A DNA stretch of 34,641 bases from an uncultured Petrotoga sp. (GCA_937871925.1 CALMRR010000368.1:1-34641), one strand, 5' to 3'; positions 16,418-26,089 are shown, numbered from the stretch's first letter. Made by a program: numbers and translations. Notes: generated by a model not told the origin, from the sequence alone.

Positions 16418-17910
16418 AAAGATCCAACATCCCTTCTAAGCTCCGCTGCTGCAAGCTTTGCGGATGTAAGTACTATAGGTACTCCCGCTCCGGGATGAAC
16501 CGAGCTGCCGCAAAAATAAAGATTTTCAATTGGCATAAATTTGTTATGAGGTCTGAAATAATTGCTTTGTCCAAGAGTGGGAGCCAGTCCGAATGTGGCG
16601 CCGTTATAAGCATTAAATCTTGATTCAAAATCGTTCAGAGTATATATTTTTTCATATTCGACAAGATTTTCTATATCTTTTAATCCGTCGATTTTTTTCA
16701 TCTTGGAGAAGATAACTTTTTTGTACTCTGATATTTCTTCGTCTGTCCATCTCTTTTTTCTTGCAGATAGATCCGGAACCGGAACTAAAACATAAAGTGC
16801 TTCTTTATTTTGTGGTGCAAGCGAGCTGTCGGCTTTTGTCGATGCATATATGTAGATTGAGGGATCTTTGGGATCATTTCCCTGAAAGATATCGGATATA
16901 TTTCTATCAAAGTCATCAGCAAATATTATGTTATGAACTTTAAGACCATCAATTTTCTTTTTTAAGCCAAGATACATTAACACAACAGAACATGAATACT
17001 TCATGGAGTCTATTTTTTTGTCTGTATACTTTCCCTTGTAGGTACTCTCTTTTATTAGATTTTTCATTGCATACGGGAAGTCTGCATTGCAGACCACATA
17101 ATCACTTTTTATTTTCTGTTGGTCTACGGAGAGTCCGCCGGACTTTCCATTTTGAATAAGTACTTCTTCAACGGCACAGTTATAATTTATCTTTCCCCCC
17201 AGCTCTTCAAACAGTGATGCCATAGCTTTGGCCATAGTAAACATTCCACCTTTTATAAACCATACTCCGTAGATGCTTTCAATCATAGGGATTATAGTAT
17301 ATATTGAAGGACCGTTATAGGGAGATATTCCTATGTACAGAGTCTGAAAGCTGAGAAGCTTTTGAAGCCGTTCATCCTTAACGTATTTGGCAACTTCATT
17401 ATGTGCTGTGTTGAAGGTTTTGAGCTTTAGGGCGTTGACGATAGTTTTTGGATTATAAAAATCCATTGGTCCACGGAAGGACCTTTCTATAAAGTTCTCC
17501 TTTGCATTGAGATATCTGGAGTATGTTTTGGAAAGGTACTTGTAGTAGCCCAAAGTTTCCTTCATGGATACCTTTTCAAGAAAGCGCGTCAAGTGGGCCA
17601 TATCAGTTGAAACATCATACTTTTGTCCATCGGAAAACTGTATTGAATATATGGGATCAAGCTGTTGCATAGGTATATAGTCATCAGGATTTTTCCCGGC
17701 ATATTCAAAAACCTCTCTATATACATCAGGCATCATAACTATGGTTGGTCCCACATCAAAAGTAAACCCGGCAGAACTTATAGTATTCATTTTTCCTCCG
17801 GGGAAACTATCTTTTTCAAATATTTCCACATCATAACCGTCTTTCTGAAGTCTTATTGCACAAGCAAGACCAGCCACGCCGGCACCGATTACCGCAACTC
17901 TTTTCAACAT
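16414..17910 (-). CDS. crtN: CrtI/CrtN-family FAD-dependent (diapo)phytoene desaturase
   Basis: N-terminal dinucleotide fold VAVIGAGVAGLACAIRLQKDGYDVEIFEK and the C-terminal CrtI-family signature FCGSSVHPGAGVPIVLTSAKLAA. 498 aa. Confidence 0.85.
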   Translation of the reverse strand: MLKRVAVIGAGVAGLACAIRLQKDGYDVEIFEKDSFPGGKMNTISSAGFTFDVGPTIVMMPDVYREVFEYAGKNPDDYIPMQQLDPIYSIQFSDGQKYDVSTDMAHLTRFLEKVSMKETLGYYKYLSKTYSRYLNAKENFIERSFRGPMDFYNPKTIVNALKLKTFNTAHNEVAKYVKDERLQKLLSFQTLYIGISPYNGPSIYTIIPMIESIYGVWFIKGGMFTMAKAMASLFEELGGKINYNCAVEEVLIQNGKSGGLSVDQQKIKSDYVVCNADFPYAMKNLIKESTYKGKYTDKKIDSMKYSCSVVLMYLGLKKKIDGLKVHNIIFADDFDRNISDIFQGNDPKDPSIYIYASTKADSSLAPQNKEALYVLVPVPDLSARKKRWTDEEISEYKKVIFSKMKKIDGLKDIENLVEYEKIYTLNDFESRFNAYNGATFGLAPTLGQSNYFRPHNKFMPIENLYFCGSSVHPGAGVPIVLTSAKLAAAELRRDVGSL

Positions 17911-18015
17911 GATCCCCCCTTTTTGCGTTGTTCTATACTATATTATATATTATAAGTTAAAAAACAGAATCGCTTTTTTAAAATTTTCTTTAAATAAAAT
18001 GAATAATAAAACAAA

Positions 18016-18033
18016 ATCTCCCATACGGGAGAT
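18016..18033. terminator. Intrinsic terminator after pepF
   Basis: ATCTCCC atac GGGAGAT with an A-run upstream and a T-run downstream, 19 nt past the pepF stop on the minus strand. Confidence 0.65.
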
Positions 18034-18051
18034 TTTTAGAACAAGAAGGTA

Positions 18052-19746
18052 TTATAATTTTTTGTCGTCAATACTGTCAAGATAACTTTCAATAACCTTA
18101 GAAACCGGTTCAAGACAGCCGTTTTCGAAAGGAGATTTAAGGTTGGCAATTTCAAGCAGTCCGGTGAAAGGCTTTGATCCGCCGGCTCTGCAGAGTCTCA
18201 CATAGTCCTGCCATGCTTTTTCCCTGTCCTGTCTGAACTTGCTCCAGAACTGAAAAGCACATACCTGGGCTAAAGTATAGTCTATATAATAGAAAGGATC
18301 TTTATATATATGTGACTGTCTTTGCCAGAATCCTCCGTTTACAAGATAACCAATAGCGTCATAATCTCTGTGGGGCAAATACTTTTTTTCAATTTCGGAC
18401 CACTTTTCACGTCTTTGCTTTGGAGTTGCCTGAGGATTTTCATATACAAAGTGCTGGAACTCATCGACAGATACGCCGTAAGGGATAAAGGTCAAAGAGC
18501 TTGCAAGATGCATATATCTTGCTTTTTCAGCATTTTCAGAATAGAACAGTTCCCACCATGGCCATGTTATAAACTCCATGCTCATTGAATGTATTTCGCA
18601 TGCCTCAAGTGTAGGCCAGCCGTACTCCGGAATCTTGAAGTCCTTTGATGAGTATACCTGAAAAGCATGTCCCATCTCATGTGTAAGAACATCTACATCA
18701 CCAGAAGTTCCGTTGAAATTGGAGAAGATAAACGGTGACTGGTAATCAGGAATAAAGGTGCAGTATCCACCCGGAGCCTTTCCTTCTTTTGCAACCAGAT
18801 CAAAAAGTTCATTTTCGATCATGAAATCAAAAAAATCTCCTGTTTCTCTGGAAAGTTCTCTATACATCTTCTGGGCTTTTTTTACGAGATCGTCATATGT
18901 TCCTATAGGCTTTGGATTACCGCCTTCAAAAGTAAAAGATTCATCGTAATAGAACAGATGATCTATTCCTATTCTGTCTTGCTGCTTGGAAAAGATTTTG
19001 CAAGCCATAGGAACTATATATCTGCGGACTTGCTCCCTGTAATTTGCAACCATTGAAGGATTGTAATCTGTTCTTCCAAGCCTGTCGTAACCTAGCTGGA
19101 CAAAGTTTTTATAGCCTAACTTTTTTGCTATGGTGTCTCTGACTTTCACAAGTTCGTCGTATATGTCGTCAAACTCTTCAAGATGTTCCTCAAACCATTT
19201 AAATTTGGCTTGTACAGCGTTTTTTCTGGTCTGCCTGTCGGCTGACTGCTCAAAAGGTGTCATCTGTGAAAGATTTCTTTCCTGACCTTCAAACATGATT
19301 TTTGCCGATCCAAGAAGCTTGGTATACTTTGAAGTAAGCTTGTTTTCAATCTGAAGGTCATTTATTATTTCCGGAGAAAAGGATTTCAGTGAAAGATCCG
19401 CGAGTGCAAAAAGCTGTTTTCCCCATTTTTCCTCCATTTCTTTACGGAATTTTGATTTAACAAGTTCTTTGTAAAAACTGTTGTTGAGTTCTTCGAAAAG
19501 TGGTCCTTTTTCATCGAAGAAATTCATTTCTTCCTCATAGAATGGATCTTTGGTGTTTATGGTAGCGCGTACATTCACTAAAACCTGCATGGTCATGAAG
19601 CTTCTTCTCAGATCATTTATTTTTTCCATAAAACCGCTTTGTTCCTGAAAGGAACTGGCCTGTGAAAAGGACTTTATGAGCTGTTCATACTTTGCTTTGG
19701 TGGAGCTGAAGTCCGGACGGACATACTTCATTTCACTGAATTTCAT
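18052..19746 (-). CDS. pepF: M3B-family oligoendopeptidase F
   Basis: Zinc motif LTHEMGHAFQ and overall PepF-like length. I prefer the ATG at 19746 (MKFSEMKYVRPDF; AGGGTGA RBS, 5-nt spacer) over the track start at 19788. Confidence 0.85.
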   Translation of the reverse strand: MKFSEMKYVRPDFSSTKAKYEQLIKSFSQASSFQEQSGFMEKINDLRRSFMTMQVLVNVRATINTKDPFYEEEMNFFDEKGPLFEELNNSFYKELVKSKFRKEMEEKWGKQLFALADLSLKSFSPEIINDLQIENKLTSKYTKLLGSAKIMFEGQERNLSQMTPFEQSADRQTRKNAVQAKFKWFEEHLEEFDDIYDELVKVRDTIAKKLGYKNFVQLGYDRLGRTDYNPSMVANYREQVRRYIVPMACKIFSKQQDRIGIDHLFYYDESFTFEGGNPKPIGTYDDLVKKAQKMYRELSRETGDFFDFMIENELFDLVAKEGKAPGGYCTFIPDYQSPFIFSNFNGTSGDVDVLTHEMGHAFQVYSSKDFKIPEYGWPTLEACEIHSMSMEFITWPWWELFYSENAEKARYMHLASSLTFIPYGVSVDEFQHFVYENPQATPKQRREKWSEIEKKYLPHRDYDAIGYLVNGGFWQRQSHIYKDPFYYIDYTLAQVCAFQFWSKFRQDREKAWQDYVRLCRAGGSKPFTGLLEIANLKSPFENGCLEPVSKVIESYLDSIDDKKL

Positions 19747-19829
19747 ACTTATCACCCTTTTTTTTTGAATATAATGATATTCTATCATAAAAATTTTAAT
19801 AATAAAAAAAAATTTATTGGATAATAAAA

Positions 19830-19855
19830 AAACTATCAGTTTTCACTGATAGTTT
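19830..19855 (-). terminator. Hairpin terminator immediately 3' of tRNA-Asn
   Basis: AAACTATCAGT tttc ACTGATAGTTT, followed on the minus strand by a T-run. Confidence 0.6.
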
Positions 19856-19856
19856 A

Positions 19857-19931
19857 TGGCTCCGGATGAGGGGCTCGAACCCCCGACCTAATGGTTAACA
19901 GCCATCCGCTCTACCGCTGAGCTAATCCGGA
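19857..19931 (-). tRNA. tRNA-Asn (anticodon GTT), CCA encoded
   Basis: Minus-strand read: TCCGGAT TA GCTC AGCGGTA GAGC G GATGG CTGTTAA CCATT AGGTC GGGGG TTCGAGC CCCTC ATCCGGA G CCA. Full cloverleaf with a 7-bp acceptor stem and anticodon loop CU-GUU-AA. Confidence 0.95.
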
Positions 19932-20025
19932 ATATATAATTAAGACATAAATTATTATAGCACCGGGCACAACGATTTGCAAGAAAATTTTATGTTAAGT
20001 AATCTTTAAATATAGTAGTACCACA

Positions 20026-21510
20026 TTATTCTGAAAAAGAGAAGTTAATCCGTTTATAAAGAGTATCCAGAAGGTCATAAGCATAAGCATCTTTATCTGA
20101 TTTTAGGATTGAAAGAATCTGAAGAGTTATTTTTTCAAGGGTTTTAAGATTTTTTTCCTTGCTCAGGCGTAAAAGGTCTGTCAAAGCTTTTGTTGCAAAA
20201 GTTTTTTTTGATGAGATATCTATACTTTGATACTCTTCAAACTGTTTTTTTATATATGACATAACTCCGTTTAAATCTGTATTGTAAGAGTTGAGCTCTC
20301 CAATTGTATCAAATCCCTGCATGGAAAATTTGGTAAAGTCTTTTTTAAGGTCGTAGTACCATATCTTTTCCATAGTAAGTGCCAAGGGTATTTTTAAACT
20401 TACCAGAGTACCGTTTTTTTTCTTTTGGAAAGAAACTGCTCCTCCGAGAATCTCTGTATAGTCCTTGACGATGCTCAGACCAATACCCAGCCCTTCGGTT
20501 TTTCTTGTAAGTATGTTTCTGGTACTTGAAGAGAAGGATCCGCTAAGCCTATCTATATCCTCCTGACTTATTCCGCTTCCGCTGTCTTGTATCGAAAAAT
20601 CAAAGAAAGATTCCTGAGCGTTGAATTCAAACCATATATCGCCGGTGTCTGTAAATTTTACAGCGTTGTCTAAAAGCTCTTCCAAAATTCTTCTGAGTTT
20701 TTTGCCGTCAACAAAGATATTTTTTTCATCATAATTGAAATGGTTCTGGACGAAGTGAAACGAAAGTCCTTTTTTGAAGCAGATATTTTCGTACTTGGAT
20801 GAAAGTTCCAATATTAGATTATCAGGATTAAAATCTTCAAGAAGCATGAACTTGTTTATGGAGTTTTCTTCAAGATATGATCTTTCTATCAGCCTGTCAA
20901 ATTTTGCCAGAAGTTCTTTTGAACTGTCTGTCATAACTTCCAGCATCTGAAGCTGCATTTTATCTGAGAGCTTGCTTTTTAAATGTTCTGAAAAACCGAT
21001 TATAGATTGCAGAGGGGTTTTTATTTCATGTGAAAGTATCTTTAAAATATTGGTTTTAAAGCCTGCGGAATTTTTAATTCTTTCCTGTGAGTCCTGAAGT
21101 GCTTGTATGGAGCGGTTGAAGTTTTCATAGAGCTGTTCAAACTCTTCAAGTATAGTTTTGAACTCATCATTGTTCTGATACTCAACAGAAGGCTTTTTAC
21201 CGGTTTTAATTTTTTGAAGGTAAGAAAGAATGTAGTCTATCGGCTGGCTGATGTCCTTTTTTATCTGATGTCTTAGAAAAAATAGAAAACCGGAGAATAC
21301 CAAACTGAAAAAAACAATCCCCGCTGTCAGATGAAGTATGAAAAAGTTCATACTTTCAGGTGGCAATGTATTTTCATGAAGATAACTTTTGATGACCGCA
21401 GCAGCAACAATATGAACTATAAAAAGTAATATAAGAGTATATATAATAAAGGTAGAGGTAATTTTTTTATTGATTTTTGAAGAAAATGAGCTTTTATTGT
21501 CTTTAATCAT
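20026..21510 (-). CDS. Sensor histidine kinase (two TM helices, short external loop, HisKA + HATPase_c, extra ~115-aa C-terminal domain)
   Basis: H-box ILSHEIKTPLQSI, N-box LLDNAVKFT, G-boxes IQDSGSGIS and GLGIGLSIV. No response-regulator gene is present in the window. Confidence 0.85.
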   Translation of the reverse strand: MIKDNKSSFSSKINKKITSTFIIYTLILLFIVHIVAAAVIKSYLHENTLPPESMNFFILHLTAGIVFFSLVFSGFLFFLRHQIKKDISQPIDYILSYLQKIKTGKKPSVEYQNNDEFKTILEEFEQLYENFNRSIQALQDSQERIKNSAGFKTNILKILSHEIKTPLQSIIGFSEHLKSKLSDKMQLQMLEVMTDSSKELLAKFDRLIERSYLEENSINKFMLLEDFNPDNLILELSSKYENICFKKGLSFHFVQNHFNYDEKNIFVDGKKLRRILEELLDNAVKFTDTGDIWFEFNAQESFFDFSIQDSGSGISQEDIDRLSGSFSSSTRNILTRKTEGLGIGLSIVKDYTEILGGAVSFQKKKNGTLVSLKIPLALTMEKIWYYDLKKDFTKFSMQGFDTIGELNSYNTDLNGVMSYIKKQFEEYQSIDISSKKTFATKALTDLLRLSKEKNLKTLEKITLQILSILKSDKDAYAYDLLDTLYKRINFSFSE

Positions 21511-21554
21511 ATATAATGACCCCCAAATAATGGATAATTTCCTCAGGAGGAAAA

Positions 21555-22295
21555 ATGTTTCTTGAACGGATAGCTGATGTACTTATATATATAGGGAAAA
21601 ATCTTTCTTTTTACGGAGCTAGTGCAACAGAAATAGAGTACTACATATCAAAAATTTCTGAGGCATACGATATAGATGTGAATATTGCAGCCATAGGTAC
21701 TGTCATAACCCTTACAGTGGTTGATGATCATGGAAAATCAATAACAAGGATTGAAAGAGTAAGCTATTCCGAAATCAACTTTGAGAAGCTCTCACTATGG
21801 GAAAACATGATAAAACGTGTAACAGAAGAAAAACCAACCATATTTACACTGAAACAGTGGATAAAGGATATTGAAAAAAAAGAAAATTTACTGGGAATAA
21901 GTTTTTGGAAAAATATTATAGCCGTTTTCATTGCATCTTTTGGTTTTTGTTTTGTATTCCGTGGAAATTATACAGATGCAGTAGCCTCAGGTATTTCTGC
22001 TCTTTTAGTTTATATGGCTACATATAAGATAACAAGCAAGATATTCAGAGACTTTCTTGCCGGATTGCTTGTATACTCTGTGATAAAATTAATATCAAAG
22101 ATTGTGTCAATAAGCATATTTCCTAGCCTTGCAGGAGGTATTATGGTCTTTGTACCGGGGCTTTTGCTTACAAACGCTATTATGGAAATAGGAGACAGAA
22201 ATCTGGTTTCTGGGAGCTCCAAACTTATGGAAGCCATATTCATGCTTGGATCTTTGGTTCTTGGAGCCGCTATGGCTTCTGCACTATGGGGATAA
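21555..22295 (+). CDS. Threonine/serine exporter family protein (ThrE/DUF1212 part)
   Basis: 246 aa. The soluble N-terminal part is followed by TM helices, and a 150-aa all-TM partner follows after 9 nt. This is the usual two-gene arrangement (DUF1212 + DUF3815). Confidence 0.7.
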   Translation: MFLERIADVLIYIGKNLSFYGASATEIEYYISKISEAYDIDVNIAAIGTVITLTVVDDHGKSITRIERVSYSEINFEKLSLWENMIKRVTEEKPTIFTLKQWIKDIEKKENLLGISFWKNIIAVFIASFGFCFVFRGNYTDAVASGISALLVYMATYKITSKIFRDFLAGLLVYSVIKLISKIVSISIFPSLAGGIMVFVPGLLLTNAIMEIGDRNLVSGSSKLMEAIFMLGSLVLGAAMASALWG

Positions 22296-22304
22296 GGAGG
22301 AGAT

Positions 22305-22757
22305 ATGGATACGGGAATAATAACTAGAATTCTTATGGCTTTTTTGGCGACCGGAGGATTTTCTTTCTTGTTTAAAACTCCTAAAAGACTTTTGCCTATT
22401 GCTTCTTTGACAGGCGGACTAGGATGGGCAGCCTATGAGGTGATAAAACTTTTCTATGGATTTGAAAGCGCTATAATCCTTTCTTCAGCTGTTGTAGGAT
22501 TTCTTTCTCACATATTTGCCAAAGTATTTAAAACCAATGTACACCCCTTTATAACGGCGGGTATAGTACCGCTTGTTCCGGGAGCCTCCGCTTTTTTTGC
22601 TGTAAAAAGTTTTATTGACAAGAATCAGTCACAGGCCTCGAACTTCGCATATGAAACTTTTGTGTCTGCTTTTGGTATAGTAATAGGGATAGCAATTTCA
22701 TCGTATGTATCTAAAATACTGAATAAAAAAGATATTGACACAGAAAAAACAATCTGA
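22305..22757 (+). CDS. Threonine/serine exporter family protein (DUF3815 part)
   Basis: 150 aa with 4-5 TM helices; paired with the preceding gene. Confidence 0.65.
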   Translation: MDTGIITRILMAFLATGGFSFLFKTPKRLLPIASLTGGLGWAAYEVIKLFYGFESAIILSSAVVGFLSHIFAKVFKTNVHPFITAGIVPLVPGASAFFAVKSFIDKNQSQASNFAYETFVSAFGIVIGIAISSYVSKILNKKDIDTEKTI

Positions 22758-22787
22758 TATAATTTAACGTATAAAAAATAATACCGT

Positions 22788-22862
22788 GCCTTCATAGTTC
22801 AACGGATAGAACGGTGGATTCCTAATCCGCAGATAGGTGTTCGATTCACCTTGGGGGCACCA
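22788..22862 (+). tRNA. tRNA-Arg (anticodon CCT), CCA encoded
   Basis: GCCTTCA TA GTTC AACGGATA GAAC G GTGGA TTCCTAA TCCGC AGATA GGTGT TCGATTC ACCTT... closing with TGGGGGC A CCA. The acceptor stem pairs with two G-U pairs, and the anticodon loop is UU-CCU-AA. Confidence 0.9.
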
Positions 22863-22869
22863 TATCCTT

Positions 22870-22909
22870 AAGTGCAAAAGTGTCGGAATATTCCGGCACT
22901 TTTGCACTT
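22870..22909. terminator. Long (19-bp) hairpin between tRNA-Arg and the convergent MCP gene
   Basis: AAGTGCAAAAGTGTCGGAA ta TTCCGGCACTTTTGCACTT, with one G-U pair. It serves as a terminator for both convergent units. Confidence 0.7.
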
Positions 22910-22934
22910 ATAATTATATTTTAGCATAATTTGT

Positions 22935-24644
22935 TCAGAACTTAAACTTACTTATGATACCTGCCAGTTCAGATGCAAGACTGTTGAGGTTATCACTGTT
23001 TACACTGACCTCTTGTGCGCTTTCTGACTGGAGTCTTATAGAGGAAGTCATTTCATTAACCTGTTCAGTTATTTCTTTTGAAGCTTTAACTGAAGCATCT
23101 ATTGAGCCAGCTATTTCCTGTGATGAGGCGCTCTGTTCCTGGCTGTTTGCAGAGAGATTTTCTACCGAGGTACTTATATGTTTTATATTTTCTATTATCT
23201 GTCCGAACTCTTTTTCTATTTCAAAAGAGCTTTCAGATATTTCATATATGGTTTTTACTGTGCTTTGGGTTACTGCATCAACACCTTTTATTCCGGTTCG
23301 TATCTGTCCGAGAATGCTTTCTATTTCTTGGGTAGTCTGTTTGCTTTCTTCAGCCAGCTTTCTTATTTCCTCAGCAACAACGGCAAAGCCTTTGCCCGAT
23401 TCGCCTGCTCTTGCTGCTTCTATCGCCGCATTAAGTGCAAGGAGATTAGTCTGCTCGGCAATAGAACTTATCTTTCCTACTACATCTCCTATATTTTGCG
23501 ACCTTACTTCAACATCCTTTACAGCATCGACTGTTTCTTTAGCATGGTCTCTTGCCTGGCTTATCCTGTTCACAATGGTTTTAATGCTCCCCAACCCCTT
23601 TTTTGAAGCCTCGAATACCATTACCGAATTTTCAGATAGATTCTGTGCCAAATGCGAAACATTCTGAGCCGAAGAGGCTACTTCAGAAACTCCGTTATTT
23701 GCATCTTCAATAGATTCAGAGGTAGATTTAACGTTCAGAAGAATATTTTCTGCGCATTCTTGAAGTTCTTCGCTCGCCTTACCTGATTTCATAGCAAGTT
23801 TTGAAAGATCCGAGGAGGAGGAGTTAATCTTTTCAGATGATGATTTTATATTGTTGATGATTGAAAGAAGCTTTTCGTGAAGATCTGAAAGACAGGATGA
23901 GATCTTACCGATTTCGTCCTTTCTTTTAATATACTGCTTTATTTCCTGTACACTCTTTTCAGAAAGGTCGTATCCTGCAAGAGCCGATATGCAAGCTGTA
24001 AGCTTGTTTAGAGGATGTTTTAAGATTCTGTTGATGAAAAATACAAACATAAAGATAAGAACAAAAGAAATTATTGAGATATAGAAAATTATAGATAAGA
24101 TACCTTTTCTGAGAGAATCTTCAAGCTCTTTTTTAGGTACTCCGGCAAACCACATTCCTATTACCGAGCCCTGACTGTTTTTTAAAGGTATATACTTGGA
24201 CTGAAAGCTTTCAGTTAATACCACAGCCAGACCTTCAAAAACCTCTCCTTTTTTCAGAACTGTTTCCGAAACTTCTTTTGAAGCAACAGTTCCCACAGCC
24301 CGTTTTCCGTTTTTATCCAGTACATTTGTAGAGACTCTCATATTGTTAAGGAAAACAGTTACGTAAGCTCCGGTTTTTCTTTTTATGAGATCCAGTATAT
24401 CGTAGTTGTTGTTTATTATAACTGTGCCCTTGTACAAAAGCTCTCCTTCGGTCCGCCATTCCCCGGGGTAAAGTTCGTCTATGAGCGTTAATCCAAGCTC
24501 CGTTACGGAGTCAATCAGCTTATAGCTTATAGATGTACTGAGTTTGGTAAGCTCCGATGCAAAAAAAAGTGTAAAGAATACCAAAATTACCGTAACTCCT
24601 GCCATAACCAGAGAAATAACCCTGATACTTAAAGATTTAAACAT
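22935..24644 (-). CDS. Methyl-accepting chemotaxis protein with single-Cache periplasmic sensor
   Basis: TM1, a ~150-aa extracytoplasmic domain, TM2, a HAMP-like segment and the signalling hairpin [38 protein letters not shown]. Confidence 0.9.
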   Translation of the reverse strand: MFKSLSIRVISLVMAGVTVILVFFTLFFASELTKLSTSISYKLIDSVTELGLTLIDELYPGEWRTEGELLYKGTVIINNNYDILDLIKRKTGAYVTVFLNNMRVSTNVLDKNGKRAVGTVASKEVSETVLKKGEVFEGLAVVLTESFQSKYIPLKNSQGSVIGMWFAGVPKKELEDSLRKGILSIIFYISIISFVLIFMFVFFINRILKHPLNKLTACISALAGYDLSEKSVQEIKQYIKRKDEIGKISSCLSDLHEKLLSIINNIKSSSEKINSSSSDLSKLAMKSGKASEELQECAENILLNVKSTSESIEDANNGVSEVASSAQNVSHLAQNLSENSVMVFEASKKGLGSIKTIVNRISQARDHAKETVDAVKDVEVRSQNIGDVVGKISSIAEQTNLLALNAAIEAARAGESGKGFAVVAEEIRKLAEESKQTTQEIESILGQIRTGIKGVDAVTQSTVKTIYEISESSFEIEKEFGQIIENIKHISTSVENLSANSQEQSASSQEIAGSIDASVKASKEITEQVNEMTSSIRLQSESAQEVSVNSDNLNSLASELAGIISKFKF

Positions 24645-24716
24645 AGTAACCTCCCAGTATGATGATAATAATATAAAAAATTATGAACCATGTTATTAAA
24701 ACTATTATATCAAAAA

Positions 24717-24744
24717 ATAAACTCCTTTCAAAAAAGGAGTTTAT
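24717..24744. terminator. Hairpin terminator downstream of the small envelope-like ORF pair
   Basis: ATAAACTCCTT tcaaaa AAGGAGTTTAT flanked by A and T runs. Confidence 0.6.
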
Positions 24745-24769
24745 TTTTTATATTAAAAGGTATGTATGC

Positions 24770-25240
24770 TTAAAAATCAAAACCGTATGATAAAGAAAAA
24801 TCAAACTGAAAATCAGGTACAGAAAGATTTGCAACAACATCCTTGAACATAAAATCATATTCAGGCTTCTTCGTTGCTTCGAAAAAGAATGGCCTGTAAT
24901 AACAATACCCTTTGTTGGTGTGTAGCCTCTTAATCATAAACGGAGGTTTTACTGAAAAAGACATGCAAAGTCCTTTGAACTTATATTCCAAAACAGCTGC
25001 CGGTGATAAAACATAAGCCGAGATATGTGGAGGAACTGCGTAAAGAAAAGGTTCGTCGCTATGCTTGGTAAAGACAAAGTTTTTTCGTGTTTCTATAAAA
25101 AACTGAGAGTATTCAACACCAAATCCAATGGATAAAGCATGTGAAAGAGCATCTTCCTGTTGCTTAATAATATCAAAGATCAAGAATGAAGAAGTCTTGA
25201 CTAAACACATCGGATATGTTGAATCAAACAAGGGAGTCAT
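24770..25240 (-). CDS. Hypothetical protein with outer-membrane beta-signal-like C-terminus, no signal peptide
   Basis: 156 aa. It ends ...FQFDFSLSYGFDF (alternating hydrophobic residues, terminal Phe). Its ATG overlaps the upstream ORF stop (ATGA at 25237-25240). Confidence 0.45.
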   Translation of the reverse strand: MTPLFDSTYPMCLVKTSSFLIFDIIKQQEDALSHALSIGFGVEYSQFFIETRKNFVFTKHSDEPFLYAVPPHISAYVLSPAAVLEYKFKGLCMSFSVKPPFMIKRLHTNKGYCYYRPFFFEATKKPEYDFMFKDVVANLSVPDFQFDFSLSYGFDF

Positions 25241-25554
25241 ATCAAGGCAAGAGGGGTTTTGAATGGTCCCCAGCGGTAATTAAGATTCAAAAAAAACATA
25301 GGTGAAAGATTTTTTTCCAGCCCGGGATAAGAGATACTGTATGTTCTCGTTGCATATGAGCTTTCCCGTATTTCATAAGTATCGTTATAGGCAGGTACCT
25401 TTACGTACATTGTTGTAGGAGTAGATACGCAGAGTCCGATATTAATGTAACTCTCAAGGTTTATGACAGTGTCCAGAAAGTTTATAAAAGGACTTGCAAA
25501 TAAAGATAGGCACAAAAGCATAAGCATAACTGAAAAAACTAAGAAAATCTTCAT
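25237..25554 (-). CDS. Hypothetical secreted protein (signal peptide only recognisable feature)
   Basis: I prefer the ATG at 25554 (AAGGGGGG RBS), giving MKIFLVFSVMLMLLCLSLFASPF... The track start at 25587 adds 11 residues with no RBS. Confidence 0.45.
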   Translation of the reverse strand: MKIFLVFSVMLMLLCLSLFASPFINFLDTVINLESYINIGLCVSTPTTMYVKVPAYNDTYEIRESSYATRTYSISYPGLEKNLSPMFFLNLNYRWGPFKTPLALI

Positions 25555-25713
25555 AATCCCCCCTTTGTAAGGTAGCGTAGGTTGCAATAAAACTTATTTT
25601 TTTAATATGAAAAGAAAAAATGTTTTTAGATATATAAATTATACAACAATTTTATTTGTTGTAAGAAAAAAGTGTTGTTATTCACACGTATTCCGAAAAG
25701 AATGGGCTGAAAG

Positions 25714-26079
25714 TCACTCTTTTCCAAGTTCATTTGCCAGGTCTTTAAGTTTTTCTCCGAAGAGTTTAAGTTCCTGGGGGGAAAGAATATTTTCGATATT
25801 TTTTAATTTATTAAGGCGCCGCATAATAAATTCATATGAACTTTCCGTATCCTGTCCCTTCAGCTCGTTTATGCACAGAAGAAAATCTGTGCTAACCCCA
25901 AGAGCCACGGCGATTTTGGCAATTGTCTCTGCGTCGGGCTTAGCTCCTTTTTCTATTCGGTATATAGTTGTAAAGCTTACTCCGGAAAGCTGCGCCAGTT
26001 TTTCCATGGAAATTTTCTTTGACACCCGTGTTTCTCTTAATCTGAGACCTATTTTATAAAAATCTAACAACAGTATCAC
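25714..26079 (-). CDS. XRE-family HTH transcriptional regulator (cI-like, 121 aa with C-terminal extension)
   Basis: IGLRLRETRVSKKISMEKLAQLSGVSFTTIYRIEKGAKPDAETIAKIAVALGVSTDFLL is a canonical HTH_3 domain. The exact start (GTG at 26079 or TTG at 26070) is uncertain. Confidence 0.85.
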   Translation of the reverse strand: MILLLDFYKIGLRLRETRVSKKISMEKLAQLSGVSFTTIYRIEKGAKPDAETIAKIAVALGVSTDFLLCINELKGQDTESSYEFIMRRLNKLKNIENILSPQELKLFGEKLKDLANELGKE

Positions 26080-26089
26080 CTCAATTTTA

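Noticed and set aside
22954-23667. Three long plus-strand ORFs (237, 77 and 142 aa) antisense to the MCP gene
   Set aside because: They mirror the repetitive Ala/Ser/Glu-rich coiled-coil coding sequence on the other strand, have no RBS or motifs, and the MCP reading is unambiguous.
25607-26059. 150-aa plus-strand ORF
   Set aside because: It is antisense to the clearly recognisable 121-aa XRE HTH gene. Its composition is Ser/Arg/Phe-rich and shadow-like, with no RBS.
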